From NCBI RefSeq assembly GCF_020745735.1, contig NC_083438.1, positions 33,292,443 through 33,356,442 on the forward strand: a stretch of DNA of 64,000 nucleotides. Reading direction: 5' to 3'. Within the stretch, counting starts at the first letter, position 1; every line of letters begins with the position of its first letter. Positions 61,201-64,000 of this stretch are shown piece by piece. The notes beneath the pieces were generated by a model, which was given only the letters and a program-made list of their open reading frames with translations, ran no database searches and was not told where the DNA came from. The DNA is from Hemiscyllium ocellatum (Eukaryota). The translations under genes were made by a program, and so were the position numbers.

Positions 61201-64000
61201 GGGTCTGTGCCTGGGTTTGTGTCCGGGTTTGTGTCTAGGTTTGTGTCTGGGTCTGTGTCTGGGTTTGTGTCTGGGTTTGTGTCCAGGTCTGTGTCTGGGT
61301 CTGTGCCCAGGTCTGTGTCTGGGTTTGTGTCTGAGTCTGTGTCCGGGTCTGTGTCCGGGTCTGTGTCTGGGTCTGTGTCTGGGTTTGTGTCTGGGTTTAT
61401 GTCTGGGTCTGTGTTCAGGTATGTGTCAGGGTCTGTGTCTGGGTTTGTGTCCGGGTTTGTGTCCGGGTTTGTGTCCGGGTCTGTGTCTGGGTCTGTGTCT
61501 GGGTTTGTGTCTGGGTCTGTGCCTGGGTCTGTGTCCGGGTCTGTGCCTGGGTCTGTGTCTGGGTCTGTGTCTGGGTTTGTGTCTGGGTTTATGTCTGGGT
61601 CTGTGTTCAGGTATGTGTCAGGGTCTGTGTCTGGGTTTGTGTCCGGGTTTGTGTCTGGGTCTGTGTCTGTGTCTGGGTTTGTATCTGGGTCTGTGCCTGG
61701 GTCTGTGTCCGGGTCTGTGCCTGGGTCTGTGTCTGGGTCTGTGTCTGTGTCCGTGTCCGGGACTGTATCTGTGTCCGGGTCTGTGTCCGGGTATGTGTCT
61801 GGGTCTGTGTCTGGGATTGTGTCTGGGTCTGTGTCCGGATATGTGTCCGGGTCTGAGCCTGGGTCTGTGTCCGGGTCTGTGCCTGGGTCTGTGTCTGTGT
61901 CTGTGTCCGGGACTGTATCTGTGTCCGGGTCTGTGTCCGGGTATGTGTCTGGGTCTGTGTCTGGGTCTGTGTCTGGGTCTGTGTATGGGTCTGTGTCTGG
62001 GTTTGTGTCTGGGTCTGTGTCCGGGTTTGTGTCCGGATCTGTGTCTGGGTCTGTGTCCGGGTTTGTGTCTGGGTTAGTGTCCAAATCTGTGTCTGGGTTT
62101 GTGTCAGGGTCTGTGTCTGGGTCTGTGTCTGTGTCCGGGTTTGTGTCTGGGTCTGTGTCCGCGTCAGTGTCCAAATCTGTGTCTGGGTTTGTGTCTGGGT
62201 CAGTATCTGGGTCTGTGTCTGTGTCCGGGTTTGTGTCTGGGTCTGTGTCCGGGTCAGTGTCCAAATCTGTGTCTGGGTTTGTGTCTGGGTCAGTGTCTGG
62301 GTTTGTGTCCGGATCTATTTCTGGATCTGTGTCTGGGTCTGTGTCTGGGTTTATGTCTGGGTCTGTGTCCGGGTCTGTGTCTGGGTCTGTGTCTGGGTCT
62401 ATGTCCGGGACAGTGTCCAGATCTGTGTCTGGGTCTGTTTCCGGGTCTGTGCCTGGACCTGTGCCTGGGTCTGTGTCTGGGTCTGTGTCTGGGTCTGTGT
62501 CTGGGTTTATGTCTGGGTCTGTGTCTGGGTATGTGTCTGTGTCTGTGTCTGGGTTTGTGTCCGGGTTTGTGTCCGGGTCTGTGTCTGGGTCTGTGTCTGT
62601 GTTTGTGTCCGGGTTTGTGTCCGGGTTTGTGTCTGGGTCTGTGTCTGGGTCTGTGTCTGGGTCAGTGTCAGGGTTTGTGTCCGGATCTGTGTCTGGGTCT
62701 GTGTCCGGGTCTGTGTCTGGGTTTGTGTCCGGGTCTGTGTCTGAGTCTGTGTCTGGGTCTGTGTCTGGGTCTGTGTCCGGGTCTGTGTCCAGGTCTGTGT
62801 CTGGGTTTGTGTCTGGGTCTGTGTCCGGGTCTGTGTCTGGATCTGTGTCCGGGTTTGTGTCCGGATCTGTGTCTGGGTCTGTGTCTGGATCTGTGTCTGG
62901 GTTCGTGTCCGGTTCTGTGTCCGGGTCTGTGTCCAGGTCTGTGTCTGTGTTTGTGTCTGGGTCTGTGCCTGGGTTTGTGTCCGGGTTTGTGTCTAGGTTT
63001 GTGTCTGGGTCTGTGTCTGGGTTTGTGTCTGGGTTTGTGTCCAGGTCTGTGTCTGGGTCTGTGCCCAGGTCTGTGTCTGGGTTTGTGTCTGAGTCTGTGT
63101 CCGGGTCTGTGTCTGGGTCTGTGTCTGGGTTTATGTCTGGGTCTGTGTTCAGGTATGTGTCAGGGTCTGTGTCCGGGTTTGTGTCCGGGTTTGTGTCCGG
63201 GTTTGTGTCCGGGTTTGTGTCTGGGTCTGTGTCTGGGTTTGTGTCTGGGTCTGTGCCTGGGTCTGTGTCCGGGTCTGTGCCTGGGTCTGTGTCTGGGTCT
63301 GTGTCTGGGTTTGTGTCTGGGTTTATGTCTGGGTCTGTGTTCAGGTATGTGTCAGGGTCTGTGTCTGGGTTTGTGTCCGGGTTTGTGTCTGGGTCTGTGT
63401 CTGTGTCTGGGTTTGTATCTGGGTCTGTGCCTGGGTCTGTGTCCGGGTCTGTGCCTGGGTCTGTGTCTGGGTCTGTGTCTGTGTCTGTGTCCGGGACTGT
63501 ATCTGTGTCCGGGTCTGTGTCCGGGTATGTGTCTGGGTCTGTGTCTGGGATTGTGTCTGGGTCTGTGTCCGGATATGTGTCCGGGTCTGTGCCTGGGTCT
63601 GTGTCCGGGTCTGTGCCTGGGTCTGTGTCTGGGTCTGTGTCTGTGTCTGTGTCCGGGACTGTATCTGTGTCCGGGTCTGTGTCCGGGTATGTGTCTGGGT
63701 CTGTGTCTGGGTCTGTGTCTGGGTCTGTGTATGGGTCTGTGTCTGGGTTTGTGTCTGGGTCTGTGTCCGGGTTTGTGTCCGGATCTGTGTCTGTGTCTGT
63801 GTCCGGGTTTGTGTCTGGGTTAGTGTCCAAATCTGTGTCTGGGTTTGTGTCAGGGTCTGTGTCTGGGTCTGTGTCTGTGTCCGGGTTTGTGTCTGGGTCT
63901 GTGTCCGCGTCAGTGTCCAAATCTGTGTCTGGGTTTGTGTCTGGGTCAGTATCTGGGTCTGTGTCTGTGTCCGGGTTTGTGTCTGGGTCTGTGTCTGGGT
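58259..64000. repeat. Hexamer-based satellite, right block (runs off the window)
   Basis: Same unit and higher-order blocks as the left block. Confidence 0.97.

Noticed and set aside
50347-63920. Very long ORFs (up to 1820 aa; DTDP, SGSV and CLGL repeats)
   Set aside because: Several frames on both strands are open simply because the hexamer unit lacks stop codons. There is no unique domain, leader or splice context.

Overview
Vertebrate genomic DNA, very probably a shark (inferred from HE1/V-SINEs, CR1 LINEs and Penelope-like elements typical of cartilaginous fish). Most of the window is repeats. One protein-coding gene can be rebuilt by hand on the minus strand from five exons with canonical GT-AG sites and matching phases: 36577-36587, 31581-31636, 18159-18491, 12674-12973 and 9116-9231. 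The joined CDS is 816 nt (271 aa): signal peptide, IgV, IgC and a hydrophobic C-terminus with no cytoplasmic tail. It resembles ICOS-ligand (B7 family) and may be GPI-anchored. The rest is CR1 fragments (one near-complete but broken ORF2), V-SINEs, Penelope-like fragments, at least eight minisatellite families (several visibly grown out of transposon sequence) and a >13 kb hexamer satellite with higher-order structure. Inside that satellite is the most unusual element: a 979-bp insertion with a 19-bp target-site duplication, made of 2.6 identical 373-bp units, each carrying a minimal hammerhead ribozyme motif (retrozyme-like). There is an N gap at 33023-33379. Repeat boundaries are approximate and read by eye; exon, ribozyme and TSD coordinates were counted to the base.
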